Source: Nemertoderma westbladi | Lineage: Eukaryota > Animalia > Xenacoelomorpha | Direction: 5' to 3' | Assembly: GCA_032718475.1 (NCBI GenBank) | Contig: JAUCBJ010002621.1 | Location: forward strand, 1 to 38,590 | DNA: 38,590 nucleotides | Shown: one piece after another, positions 11,901 through 20,783 of the stretch | Layout of the letters: every line of letters starts with the position of its first letter | Position numbering within the stretch: the stretch's first letter is position 1 | Notes under the pieces: generated by a model | Databases searched by the model: none | What the model saw: only the letters and a program-made list of their open reading frames with translations | What the model was told of the DNA's origin: nothing | Made by a program: the position numbers and the translations under genes

Positions 11901-12092
11901 AGTACATTTTGTAATTAATAACGCATCTTGCAGTTTCGTATAGAATTCATTAGATCTCGGTATAAGAAACGTGACTTCCCTAGACTCGCTTCTGAGATTA
12001 GATACTGGGTAAATTGTTTCATAATGCTTTGCTTTAAATTCAATATGTATTGGCTGTGTAGAAAATAAATCTAATTCCTTAATAATTGACAT
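11900..12092 (-). pseudogene. Polinton major capsid protein (hexon-like), first ~64 codons only
   Basis: MSIIKELDLFSTQPIHIEF...YETIYPVSNL...VTFLIP...FYTKL matches the ELDLF..P...P....F.I....Y..L start of Polinton major capsid proteins; the rest of ORF 11826..12092 is antisense BEL RT. Confidence 0.75.
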
Positions 12093-12094
12093 TA

Positions 12095-12657
12095 TTAAAA
12101 AATACTTTTTTCGCAGTGTTTCAGTTTGCCTTTTTTTATTTTTCTATTTTTACTATGACGATGATGTATGTTCATAGACATTGGTTTAGTTGGTCGCTTT
12201 AAATCTCTATAAACTTTTTCTACAACCGATCTTGTTGATGGTTTCATTTTTTTAATGCTTTATTAATAACCGTATTAGCCTGCTGATGTAAGACCCGCTT
12301 ACCTTTTGGTATTACGTGTTGTCTCATAAATTTTGTGGTAAATGGTAAAGCTTTTTGTAAAACTTTTTTTGCTAATGGCTTACCAAATTTTTTCAATGTA
12401 GATAAAGCATCTGTAAATATACCTTCCCCATGTTGATTTGTCCGCATACCTCCGCGATAACATTGAAATCGACGTTGTTTTAAGTTTGGACCAAATGCAC
12501 CAATTTGTTGACCGTAAGGGTCAATATATGAACCACCTCGAAAAACAGGAACTTGCGTCGAGCCTCTCGTAATTCTACCACCTTTAAAAACAGCACGATT
12601 AGAGTCTGCACCACCATATTGAGGTTTACTGTATCTTTGAAATAAATCGGAATCCAT
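12095..12657 (-). pseudogene. Conserved Polinton basic core-like protein with GG motifs; frameshift in the A-run near 12250
   Basis: QYGG, VFKGG, PVFRGG, YRGG, QHGEGIF, then an amphipathic basic segment; after the A-run an alternative frame continues MKPSTRSVVEKVY...KKGKLKHCEKSIF* and stops 2 nt before the capsid ATG. Confidence 0.65.
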
Positions 12658-12658
12658 T

Positions 12659-13498
12659 TTAATTTATTTTTTTAAAGTATAAGGTAATAGAAGTTGTACC
12701 GTATTCAAAATTCAAATCTTTTCCTTCTTTGTCTGTTATTTCAATATGAATGTATGTTATCTTATATGATTTTTTTACAGGGATATAATGAATTGTATCC
12801 TTAGAAAATTCTTTATTTATTACACTACCATATTTCACGTCATCAGGTATCGCCACACGACGAAGTAAAGCTAAGCCAAAGTCATTAATATATTCATTTT
12901 CAATTATATTAGTAGTCACGTACATGTTCGACTTAGGTTCTGGAATAGAATTGGGTGGTTGAGGATATAAAAATACCACTTGGTAAGCTTTTTCTTCATT
13001 TCCGATAATCTTTATTAAATAACCCTTTATATTATTTTTCGTCTTCAAAATAATTTAAATTCGCACCGAGATTATTTTCAGTAATTCCAAAATAATAGGC
13101 TAATTGTTGACCTATAAATAACTCTCGCACAGTTTTCCCTAAAATAAATTACCACCTATTTTGCTGAGTATTTTCAACTATTTGTAATTTATCTTTCAAC
13201 GCTCCAGTGTTAAAATAATCTATAATGTCATTAATACTGTAGAACAAACCGGATGGAAGTGTATCCTCAAAATTTGTTTTCCTTTTTTTAATAAAATAAC
13301 ATTCTCTACATTGTTATACATGGACGGTAACATGGCTAAGTAAAATATACTTTTTATACCAACCACCCAGTTTTCGTTTGGATTTATAGGTAAGGCACCA
13401 TGTAAATTAATCTGATAATTGCTACCGGTATTACGGGGAAAATCAATTGGACACGAGTTACTTGGTAGCCTAACATAGAATTCATCCATCGCCACCAT
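12659..13498 (-). pseudogene. Polinton minor capsid protein (penton-like), copy B, frameshifted
   Basis: N-terminus FYVRLPSNSCPIDFPRNT...NWVVGIKSIFY (ORF 13220..13498); C-terminus MYVTTNIIE...LALLRRV...HYIPV...IHIEITDKEG..LNFEYG...ITLYF (ORF 12659..13048). Confidence 0.82.
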
Positions 13499-14354
13499 TG
13501 CGTATTAACTTAAGTGTTATAACAGTGCAACCACCGTTGAAATTAATTAATTCGCCTTGGCCGTCATGTAAAGTAATTAAGATTGTTTTTAGTTTTTTAT
13601 TCAACAAAGGGTAATAGCAAATGCTCTCGTATTCGTGATTAATATATTTTCGATTTAATGGTGTTAAAGGACAGGTTCTTAAGAGCGGAGCTAAAGCGTC
13701 ACCAACAAATGAGCTCTTAATAATATCTGTATATATGAAGATTGTATCTTTATTACGAGTTACATTCGTAGGATTTGGAAAATCTAAAATCCCAATTGCC
13801 GAAATTTTTGGTCCACTATAATTTAAAATTAATATCGGCTGTTCTATATTGCTTAATTCATCCACTGTAGTGGTACTGTATATATCCCAATTCGGAATAC
13901 CTGGATGATTCTGATCCAATGATTGTTTTAAGCCTAGAATTTGTATTAAATCAACGCGTAGACTTAATTGTATTTTTTTCAACTTTTTAGGAAATTTAAA
14001 TTTAATTCTAGAATTATTTGTATTAAAAATGAATTCGAAATCTCTATATTTCGCTTCAGAATTAAACAGTTTATTTATATCATCAATAATTACTCGAATA
14101 GAGCTATGCATACCAGGAAATAGACTGTATAATTTGGCATCTTTTGCATCTACCCCGATTGACAGCGAGATTTGAGTTTGCAGAGTAATATTACTGTATG
14201 TTGCATGATATTGAATCTCGGCAAGCCCAATTTTAGCGTTTGGACCAATATATAATTCTTCGGCTAAATCAACAGTAAACTCGCTAGGGTTATTATTGGG
14301 GTATGTATTTAATGAGCTATCTGAAAGTAGAGTGATATATGTATCTACAGCCGT
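13482..14354 (-). CDS. Polinton minor capsid protein (penton-like), copy A; open frame of about 290 codons beginning at ACG
   Basis: The frame of ORF 13482..14111 stays open upstream to ACG at 14354: AVDTYITLLSDSSLNTYPNNNPSEFTVDL...IGLAEIQY; C-terminus IFIYTDII...VGDALAPLLR...YYPL...ITLHDGQGELINFNGG..VITL. Confidence 0.85.
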   Translation of the reverse strand, partial: TAVDTYITLLSDSSLNTYPNNNPSEFTVDLAEELYIGPNAKIGLAEIQYHATYSNITLQTQISLSIGVDAKDAKLYSLFPGMHSSIRVIIDDINKLFNSEAKYRDFEFIFNTNNSRIKFKFPKKLKKIQLSLRVDLIQILGLKQSLDQNHPGIPNWDIYSTTTVDELSNIEQPILILNYSGPKISAIGILDFPNPTNVTRNKDTIFIYTDIIKSSFVGDALAPLLRTCPLTPLNRKYINHEYESICYYPLLNKKLKTILITLHDGQGELINFNGGCTVITLKLIRNGGDG

Positions 14355-14367
14355 TATTATTATTTAA

Positions 14368-14792
14368 ACTCTCTCTGCTTGACTCCATTGTACATACTGT
14401 ACTGTATAATGTTAAACTATAGACATCTGTGACCACGTTCATTGTTTCTACAGTATATGCGAGAGATCAATATTTAAAGCGAATGAACTATAGATATTAG
14501 ACTTTCAGCATAGTAATATCATTCAGTTAATATATTAATTAATATTAATATTAATTACAGTCATATGTGACCATTATTCGCTTAAGCTCTCTCTACTTGA
14601 CTCCTTATACATACAGTATAATGTTAAATTATAGACATCTGTCACCGCGTTCATTGCCGCTTACAGTATATGTGATGGATCAATATTTTACTGGCTTTAT
14701 TTAAAGCGAATGAACTATAGATATTAGACTTACAGTATAGTATAGTAATATCATTCGAGTTAATATTGATTAATTACGGTCATATGTGACCA
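14368..14792. repeat. Two diverged direct repeats of about 205 bp between integrase and penton A
   Basis: Shared blocks ctctctct..cttgactcc, tataatgttaaa.tatagacatctgt, tttaaagcgaatgaactatagatattagactt and gtcatatgtgacca at about 14368-14572 and 14587-14792. Confidence 0.85.
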
Positions 14793-14823
14793 AAATGAAT
14801 TAATATACAGTATAAACCTAAAC

Positions 14824-15918
14824 TTATTGAATATGCTGTACCCACGACTGTTTTTTGGATCCAATGAATCGGACTAAATATTCTTTTATCCTATTGCGTA
14901 CACATTCTTTAAGTTTGCCAATATTTTTGTCAATCGGAAGATAAATATTACTATTCGGGTGGACCTTTTGGAGTTCGTAAGAATAAAATGAACCATTTAT
15001 TATAGCACCAGCGCTGTCCTTAATATCGAACATTACCGCTGGTACTCTATGCAATCTGACCCGATGAATAATAAATAATTCACGTGTCCATTGTTCTCGA
15101 TAGCCTTTAGCAAAAGCAGTACGCGCGATAGATAATCGTACTGTATCTCCAACTTTAAATTTTATTTTCTTGTGATTAATCTGTCTATATTTCCCATATA
15201 ATCTATTAATTAATTCAGTTTCATTAAATTTATTAACTTCAATGGGCGTCATTTGTATAGTCCTATGAAATGACCTATTATAAGCAAAGATAAACTTCGG
15301 TAAAATTTTTATCCAAACATTATTTCCCCGTTGCGTGAAAATTTTGAACATCTTTGTTTTTAATGTTCTATTGAATCTCTCGACAATAGCCGCCTTATTC
15401 ACAGAGTACATTACGTAATACTGTACACCAATAGTATCTAAATATTTCCTTAAAGATTTATTTAGAAACTCAGAACCTTGATGAGTCGCGATTCTGTTTG
15501 GTTTACCCTTCTGGAATATTTTTTGCAATATACTAATAATTTCAATACCTGTTTTTGTCTTCATACCATAGGCAAAAGCAAGCCGGCTAAAGGCATCAAT
15601 ACATGTTAATATATAGTTATAATTATTATTTTGTGATTTATATTGCTGCATATCCAGATCCACCAGATCTATCATATATATATCTTTTAACCCTCCCGTA
15701 AATATTTTAGATGTTGGATAATGATGTCTACGTGGTGCGTGAAGGGAGTATGTCTTTTGCCCGCTCAACCATTTCTGGGCTTGAGTTGGTTTGATGTTTG
15801 CAGCTTTTGCTAATTTTGCGATACTTGCAAAACCCGCAGGGGATGAAGGATCTAAATAAATTCTTAACAGTTTTTTGTCTAAGCTTTGGCTTAAAATCGG
15901 TCTCATCTTGCGTGGCAT
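14824..15918 (-). CDS. Polinton retroviral-like (rve) integrase with degenerate chromodomain-like C-terminus; second catalytic Asp replaced by His
   Basis: YLDPSSPAGF, WLSGQKTYSLH, IDLVD, ILTCIDAFSR, KTKTG, THQGSEF, KAAIVERFNRTLK, YNRSFHRTIQMTP, FKVGDTVRLS, FAKGY...WTRELF, GSFY..ELQ, EYLVRF.G....SWV. Confidence 0.93.
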   Translation of the reverse strand: MPRKMRPILSQSLDKKLLRIYLDPSSPAGFASIAKLAKAANIKPTQAQKWLSGQKTYSLHAPRRHHYPTSKIFTGGLKDIYMIDLVDLDMQQYKSQNNNYNYILTCIDAFSRLAFAYGMKTKTGIEIISILQKIFQKGKPNRIATHQGSEFLNKSLRKYLDTIGVQYYVMYSVNKAAIVERFNRTLKTKMFKIFTQRGNNVWIKILPKFIFAYNRSFHRTIQMTPIEVNKFNETELINRLYGKYRQINHKKIKFKVGDTVRLSIARTAFAKGYREQWTRELFIIHRVRLHRVPAVMFDIKDSAGAIINGSFYSYELQKVHPNSNIYLPIDKNIGKLKECVRNRIKEYLVRFIGSKKQSWVQHIQ

Positions 15919-16143
15919 CTTTTCGACAACCGCAAGTAATATGTATATTCAAATCTCTTATAAAGGGCATCACCGTAAAAACAGCTGAAATTTTTTTATT
16001 TTCTTTGAAGTTGATGTTTTGAAGGGTTTTCTTTTTGTAGTATTTACTCTAGGTAGGTATATCTTGAGGTTTTAAATCAGTAGCTAACGGTTTACTCGAT
16101 ACTAAATATAATTTTCTAAATGTTACTCCCTTTTTAACCATTA

Positions 16144-16527
16144 TTACCATCCATGGTTAATTATTTTCACAATAGCCGCTCCAGCGGCGGCAGCACCAGC
16201 ACTCGCGGCGAGTTTCGCACCAATGCCGAGTAAGGGTATTAGAGACGGTAGTATGCCTCCAGATTGATTGCTTAACTTTATTCTATAACTTGATATATTT
16301 TTTGTTTTGCGGTTGAGTGATTTTAATACCTTTTTATAACGGCGAATATTTCTAAATGAATGAGGGGTCAATTGTACGTTACCTTTTAGAACATTTAATG
16401 CGGTATTTACAATGAGCCGTATTAATTCGTTACTCGCGGTATGGTTAATAAAATAAGTTCTTTGTTGAGGGGTGGCGCTACGTAGAAATTCCAATTCGTT
16501 ACGATATTTCTGCACAATTCTATTCAT
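16144..16527 (-). CDS. Polinton/adintovirus small protein with an adenovirus protein X-like C-terminal hydrophobic segment
   Basis: NVLKGNVQLT...YKKVLKSL...QSGGILPSLIPLLGIGA; the last part resembles the human adenovirus pX precursor segment RGGILPLLIPLIAAAIGA. Confidence 0.72.
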   Translation of the reverse strand: MNRIVQKYRNELEFLRSATPQQRTYFINHTASNELIRLIVNTALNVLKGNVQLTPHSFRNIRRYKKVLKSLNRKTKNISSYRIKLSNQSGGILPSLIPLLGIGAKLAASAGAAAAGAAIVKIINHGW

Positions 16528-16560
16528 TGTTGCAACATTATTGAAAATTGTTACAAAATA

Positions 16561-17239
16561 TTAATTATTATTCTTATTATTATTATTTTCGCTACGTTTA
16601 TAGTCAATGTAATTTTTAATGTAACAATTATGATTACGAAATATATCTGATCTAAATCTTAGATGTTCGGGTGTTTCCTGTCGAAATCAATTAAGAAATG
16701 CGAAAATGGTTCAATAGTCGCATCTTGATAGGAATCTACTAAAAATTTGGTCTGCCCTGGTAACATCTGCTTCGCGAAATTTAAAACTGATAAACTGTCT
16801 CGCGGATTTTTCATTAATACTAAGGTATGGCTATTAATTGATCTTGTGCGGTTATGCTTCCCACCGTAAAACATGTTTTGCATTATGAAACAAATAAATA
16901 TATTGGAATGATGAGCAACCTTAGTAAACAATACAGTTAAAGCTGTACTAGACTCAGTTTCTGTTAATAAATAATCTATAATTAATAAATCTCGACTATT
17001 CACTAAACTATCTATATTTTCAGGCAAACCTTTGTAAAGGTGAGTAATACCAGGAATAGTTGGGGGATTGCTCCCGTAACAATACAATACTCGCAAGGGG
17101 GGTTCGCTGAAACAACCATTCTTGTGTTTAATTAAATTGCCAACAAATGTAGACTTTCGGAACCAGACGGGCCAGAAATTATCATACTCATTCCCATTTG
17201 AAAGTTTAAATTATAAGGACCTGAATTAAAGTCAGCCAT
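16561..17239 (-). pseudogene. Polinton A32-like (FtsK-HerA) genome-packaging ATPase, two frameshifts
   Basis: ATG at 17239: MADFNSGPYNLNFQMGMSMIISGPSGS[1-nt deletion]KSTFV (Walker A); VLYCYG; LLIIDYL (Walker B, usually DD); LFTKVAHHSN...QNMF...RTRSINSH.LVLMKNPRD; after a second frameshift near 16680, RFRSDIF. Confidence 0.88.
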
Positions 17240-17429
17240 TTATTATTATTAAGATATATCAACAATATAATATAATATAATATAATATAATATAATATAA
17301 AGAACCATCATCACCATTACTATGTATATATGTAACAATTCACAAAAATACAGCATTTTACAACAAAAAGTATGTACAACTGTAGTATTAGTATATTTAT
17401 CATGGCAATCTTTCGTTCTACTTATTACC

Positions 17430-18131
17430 TTATTTGAAAAGATTGTGTAATCGTATACCTGCAATCAACAGACATTGTTTTCGATTTAAATAATGTCCAC
17501 ACCAAGTGAGATAGCGGTGACATCGTATAAATTCGTTATACTTCTTAGTTTGAAATTTACGTTCTATACCACGCCCGTAGCATTTAGTACTGGAAATATG
17601 ACTTAGAGTATGTTCCGTCAAAGTGTGAATTACTCTTATACACAAATCATTGCAAAGAATACCTTCATCAAGTTTCAAATAATACTTTTTTGGTTTTATA
17701 CCTCTTGAAGATGATTCATCTTTATATGTCTTAAAGTAAATATCAAAACTACGCAAATTCTTATTTAATTTTACTGTGATATTTTTATGTTCTTCATCAA
17801 ACAACCAAGGTACCATAAAGCCGCCTTTTTTCACTATATATTGATAAAAAATATTCTGTGATATTGAAAATAACTCGTTAGGTTCGTTACTTTTTCCTGA
17901 AATGTAGATAGAATTCCACAGCTCTTTCCAATAATATGGATTATATAACTTGTTTACTCTGCAAAGTGTCTGTACTCTACAAATTGGACAAATTTTAGTA
18001 CAATCATTAATTTCAACATATTGATCAATAAATGTCACGCAAGTTCCATGCTTATTAACACATATGTAACAATCAAGATGTTTTAAATTAGAATAACAAA
18101 TACTACAATTTGTGTTTATTAATATATCCAT
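17430..18131 (-). CDS. RING-finger (C3HC4-like) protein, putative Polinton accessory gene
   Basis: CSIC...CVNKHGTCVTF...CPICR at the N-terminus, with Phe where one Cys ligand is expected; intronless and co-oriented with the structural module. Confidence 0.62.
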   Translation of the reverse strand: MDILINTNCSICYSNLKHLDCYICVNKHGTCVTFIDQYVEINDCTKICPICRVQTLCRVNKLYNPYYWKELWNSIYISGKSNEPNELFSISQNIFYQYIVKKGGFMVPWLFDEEHKNITVKLNKNLRSFDIYFKTYKDESSSRGIKPKKYYLKLDEGILCNDLCIRVIHTLTEHTLSHISSTKCYGRGIERKFQTKKYNEFIRCHRYLTWCGHYLNRKQCLLIAGIRLHNLFK

Positions 18132-18198
18132 TTTTCTTAAATAACCAAACCAAAATCGTTAAAATGTTGATAAAATATTTATAATATAGCTGAAAGAG

Positions 18199-18624
18199 TC
18201 AATAATCATCTTCATTGTCATCGGTTTCATCAGTGGTTACAAGGGTTTCTTTCGAAATAATAACAATAAACAAAGCCATAATTTCATAAGCATTTTTACG
18301 ATCTAATTTGATCTCAAACTTTTCACATTTATTGCTCGCTATATTACCACTATATTGAGTAATAACAATAAAGTTATCTGACATTGATAAAATTGTGAAT
18401 TTATCTAAATCATCTTCTTCTTTGTAATCTAAAAGGTAATTAGTAGAATCTACCTCACCAAAAATATCAATAGATCGTAGTTCTTTTCTTGCTTGTTCAG
18501 AAATATCTATTTTAAAATTAGGTTGTGAAGGACAATAAATAGTGTTACCAATAACAATACAAGTAAGATTATCTACAGTATTAAATGTATGTCTTATTAC
18601 AGACGCAGGTGTATCAGAAGACAT
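18199..18624 (-). CDS. Hypothetical protein with acidic tail, probably a Polinton accessory gene
   Basis: ATG at 18624 after an (AAT)n run like those before other element genes; 141 aa; ends TDETDDNEDDY. Confidence 0.5.
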   Translation of the reverse strand: MSSDTPASVIRHTFNTVDNLTCIVIGNTIYCPSQPNFKIDISEQARKELRSIDIFGEVDSTNYLLDYKEEDDLDKFTILSMSDNFIVITQYSGNIASNKCEKFEIKLDRKNAYEIMALFIVIISKETLVTTDETDDNEDDY

Positions 18625-18998
18625 TATTATTATTATTATTATTTTATATAATAACAATTAAATAACAGCGACAAGACAGATAAATAAATATTAATGATAT
18701 TTTTTTATTCTATTCATATATTTATACAGATCATTTTATATATATATATATATACAACCAATCAACTAAGAACACGTGTCAATATGTATGTCATGTAACC
18801 AATAGAAAGTAAATAATAACAGTAAATGAAGCAAAATAGGTCAGGCTACAGTATAACTCGGATATTTATCGCCTTTTTCTCTCGTGGTTGGATGGGAGAG
18901 TGAGTGAAGAAATGTGGGGAGTTATAACGGTCCCGAGTTCGAACCCGGTTGAATATTTTGTTATCTGAAAAATTGCAAAATTAAATTTAGTTACTGGT

Positions 18999-19345
18999 GA
19001 AAAATAGTAGAAGTTACCTGTAGACACCCCTAGCGCCTGTGAAATAAAGGTTGGTGAATATGAAAATACTGGTTGTTGAAAAATAGCGATTTGAAAAAAT
19101 AGTAGACGTTACCTGTAGACATCCCTAGCATCTGTAAAATAAAGGTTGGTAAATATGGAAATACTGGTTGCTGAAAAATAGCGATTTGAAAAAATAGTAG
19201 ACGTTACCTGTAGACACCCCTAGCGCCTGTAAAATAAAGGTTGGTAAATATGGAAATACTGGTTGCTGAAAAATAGCGATTTGAAAAATAGTAGAAGTTA
19301 CCTGATGCTAAGTGTAGACACACGAACACCTGTAAGATAAAGGCT
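18999..19345. repeat. Tandem array, ~95-bp unit, about 3.5 copies
   Basis: gttacctg at 19013, 19108, 19203 and 19297; unit includes aaataaaggttggt.aatatg.aaatactggttg.tgaaaaatagcgatttgaaaaa. Confidence 0.93.
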
Positions 19346-19582
19346 TATGATTGGAGGAAGGAGTAGCGTTGGGTGACTAATAACACCTCTAGCGGAAGAT
19401 GCGGGAACTTGAGAAGTTGCCATGGTTACGGTTAAAATGCTGACATCTGATTGGTTGAAATAATAACGACCACTGCTAATGGTTAAATGGTGGCTTCTGA
19501 TTGGAGGAAGGAGTAGAAATGGATGGTAATGATGGGCTATGGGTGACCTTGATACAGTGTCATATAAATATATACTACTTAT

Positions 19583-19821
19583 AACACAATTACGTTGATT
19601 TAAATATAAACTACTGTTCGAAAACAATTACTTGGCTTTCAACATAATGTTCAGTAGAACACAATGACATGGCTTTGAACGTAATGTTCAGTTAGAACAC
19701 GATTATGTTGATTTCAACATAATGTTATGTTAGAACATAATTACGTGGCTTTGAACATAATGTTCTGTTAGAACACAATTACGTAGAAACAAAATACGTG
19801 GCTTTGAACATAATGTTCTGA
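19583..19821. repeat. Degenerate tandem array, ~38-bp unit with an internal palindrome
   Basis: tggctttgaacataatgttc.gttagaacacaattacg-like units at about 19633, 19670, 19708, 19746 and 19799; core GAACAT-A-ATGTTC is palindromic. Confidence 0.85.
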
Positions 19822-19944
19822 TTTGGTTTTATATTAGATGTGTGGTGATGTTTCATGATTTTCTTTTTCTGTATTGCATTGTGTCCATTATCAGGGAATT
19901 ATTTTATTTATATTTGAATACTATTTGTGTGTTATTATAAATAT

Positions 19945-20783
19945 TATATTTATTGCAGAGACATTGTCACAGGCTACTTGTTCTGTGTATTTAACAAAGG
20001 ACACAAAGAGACTCTTTCTTTCTTCAATAAGAGTGTGGGGGTAGGCGATTTGGTTAGACTTATAGAACCAGCACACCACAGAGAGTTGTTTGGGGGGACT
20101 CCCATTGTCGTTGTAGAAGAGTCGCCAATAAAAATTTATGTATTGAGTGTACCACGGAAACAAATCCAGATGAAAACCATAACGGATACAATGGAGCCCT
20201 TTTCCATTGTAATGAACGACTTGCAACTTCAAGGAGTAAGTTTAGACAGTTTTCTTACACTTTAAGTCTTGCTGTATAAATTAATGGTTACTAATGTATT
20301 TTTTTAGAAAATATAAATTACATAACTATGCGACGGATTCAAAGCTAAAAAAAGTTTTAATAATGATTTAGGCAATAGGTTATTTTAAATCTCCAGATAA
20401 AATTTGGTAATTAAAAATTAGATAAAATTAAGATTAAAAATATTAAAAATTATAATATAAATTCGGCATATTGCCACCTTCAAGAGTATGGTTGTAAATT
20501 ATTAAGAATTAATATTGCGGCAAATTGCCACATTTTTAAGGGTTGTTACGGAAACGGTTCATATTATGTTTTTCCTTACGTGATAAATTATTTTTAATTC
20601 TTTTTTTTATTTAGTCAAAAACTCAGACATTAACAAATCACCAAGTGCGGCAACATGTGACTCACCAAATCCAACACTATAATGGACAATTGAATGTTGT
20701 TGGATGGTCGAAATCAAGTAGTTTTGGAGCAGATGAAGAAGGGGGGACAATGTTCGACTCTTCAAAATTACATATAACGTAAT
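19945..20783 (+). pseudogene. Relic of an unrecognised, probably spliced protein gene (copy A)
   Basis: Coding-like blocks DIVTGYLFCVF...VGVGDLVRLIEP...GTPIVV (about 19960-20265) and, after a ttttag acceptor at about 20614, VRQHVTHQIQHYNGQLNVVGWSK...SKLHIT*, separated by AT-rich DNA. Confidence 0.4.

Larger units (their letters stand above)
7560..18700. mobile_element. Endogenous Polinton/Maverick (adintovirus-like) element, internally deleted and decayed
   Basis: Co-located pPolB N-terminus, major capsid N-terminus, two minor capsid genes, rve integrase, pX-like protein and packaging ATPase in a compact, intronless AT-rich block. Terminal inverted repeats not identified, so boundaries are approximate. 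Confidence 0.92.

Noticed and set aside
18925-18955. tRNA gene suggested by GAGTTCGAACCCG (also a B-box-like motif near 33340)
   Set aside because: Only a B-box-like motif; no A-box at proper spacing and no cloverleaf.
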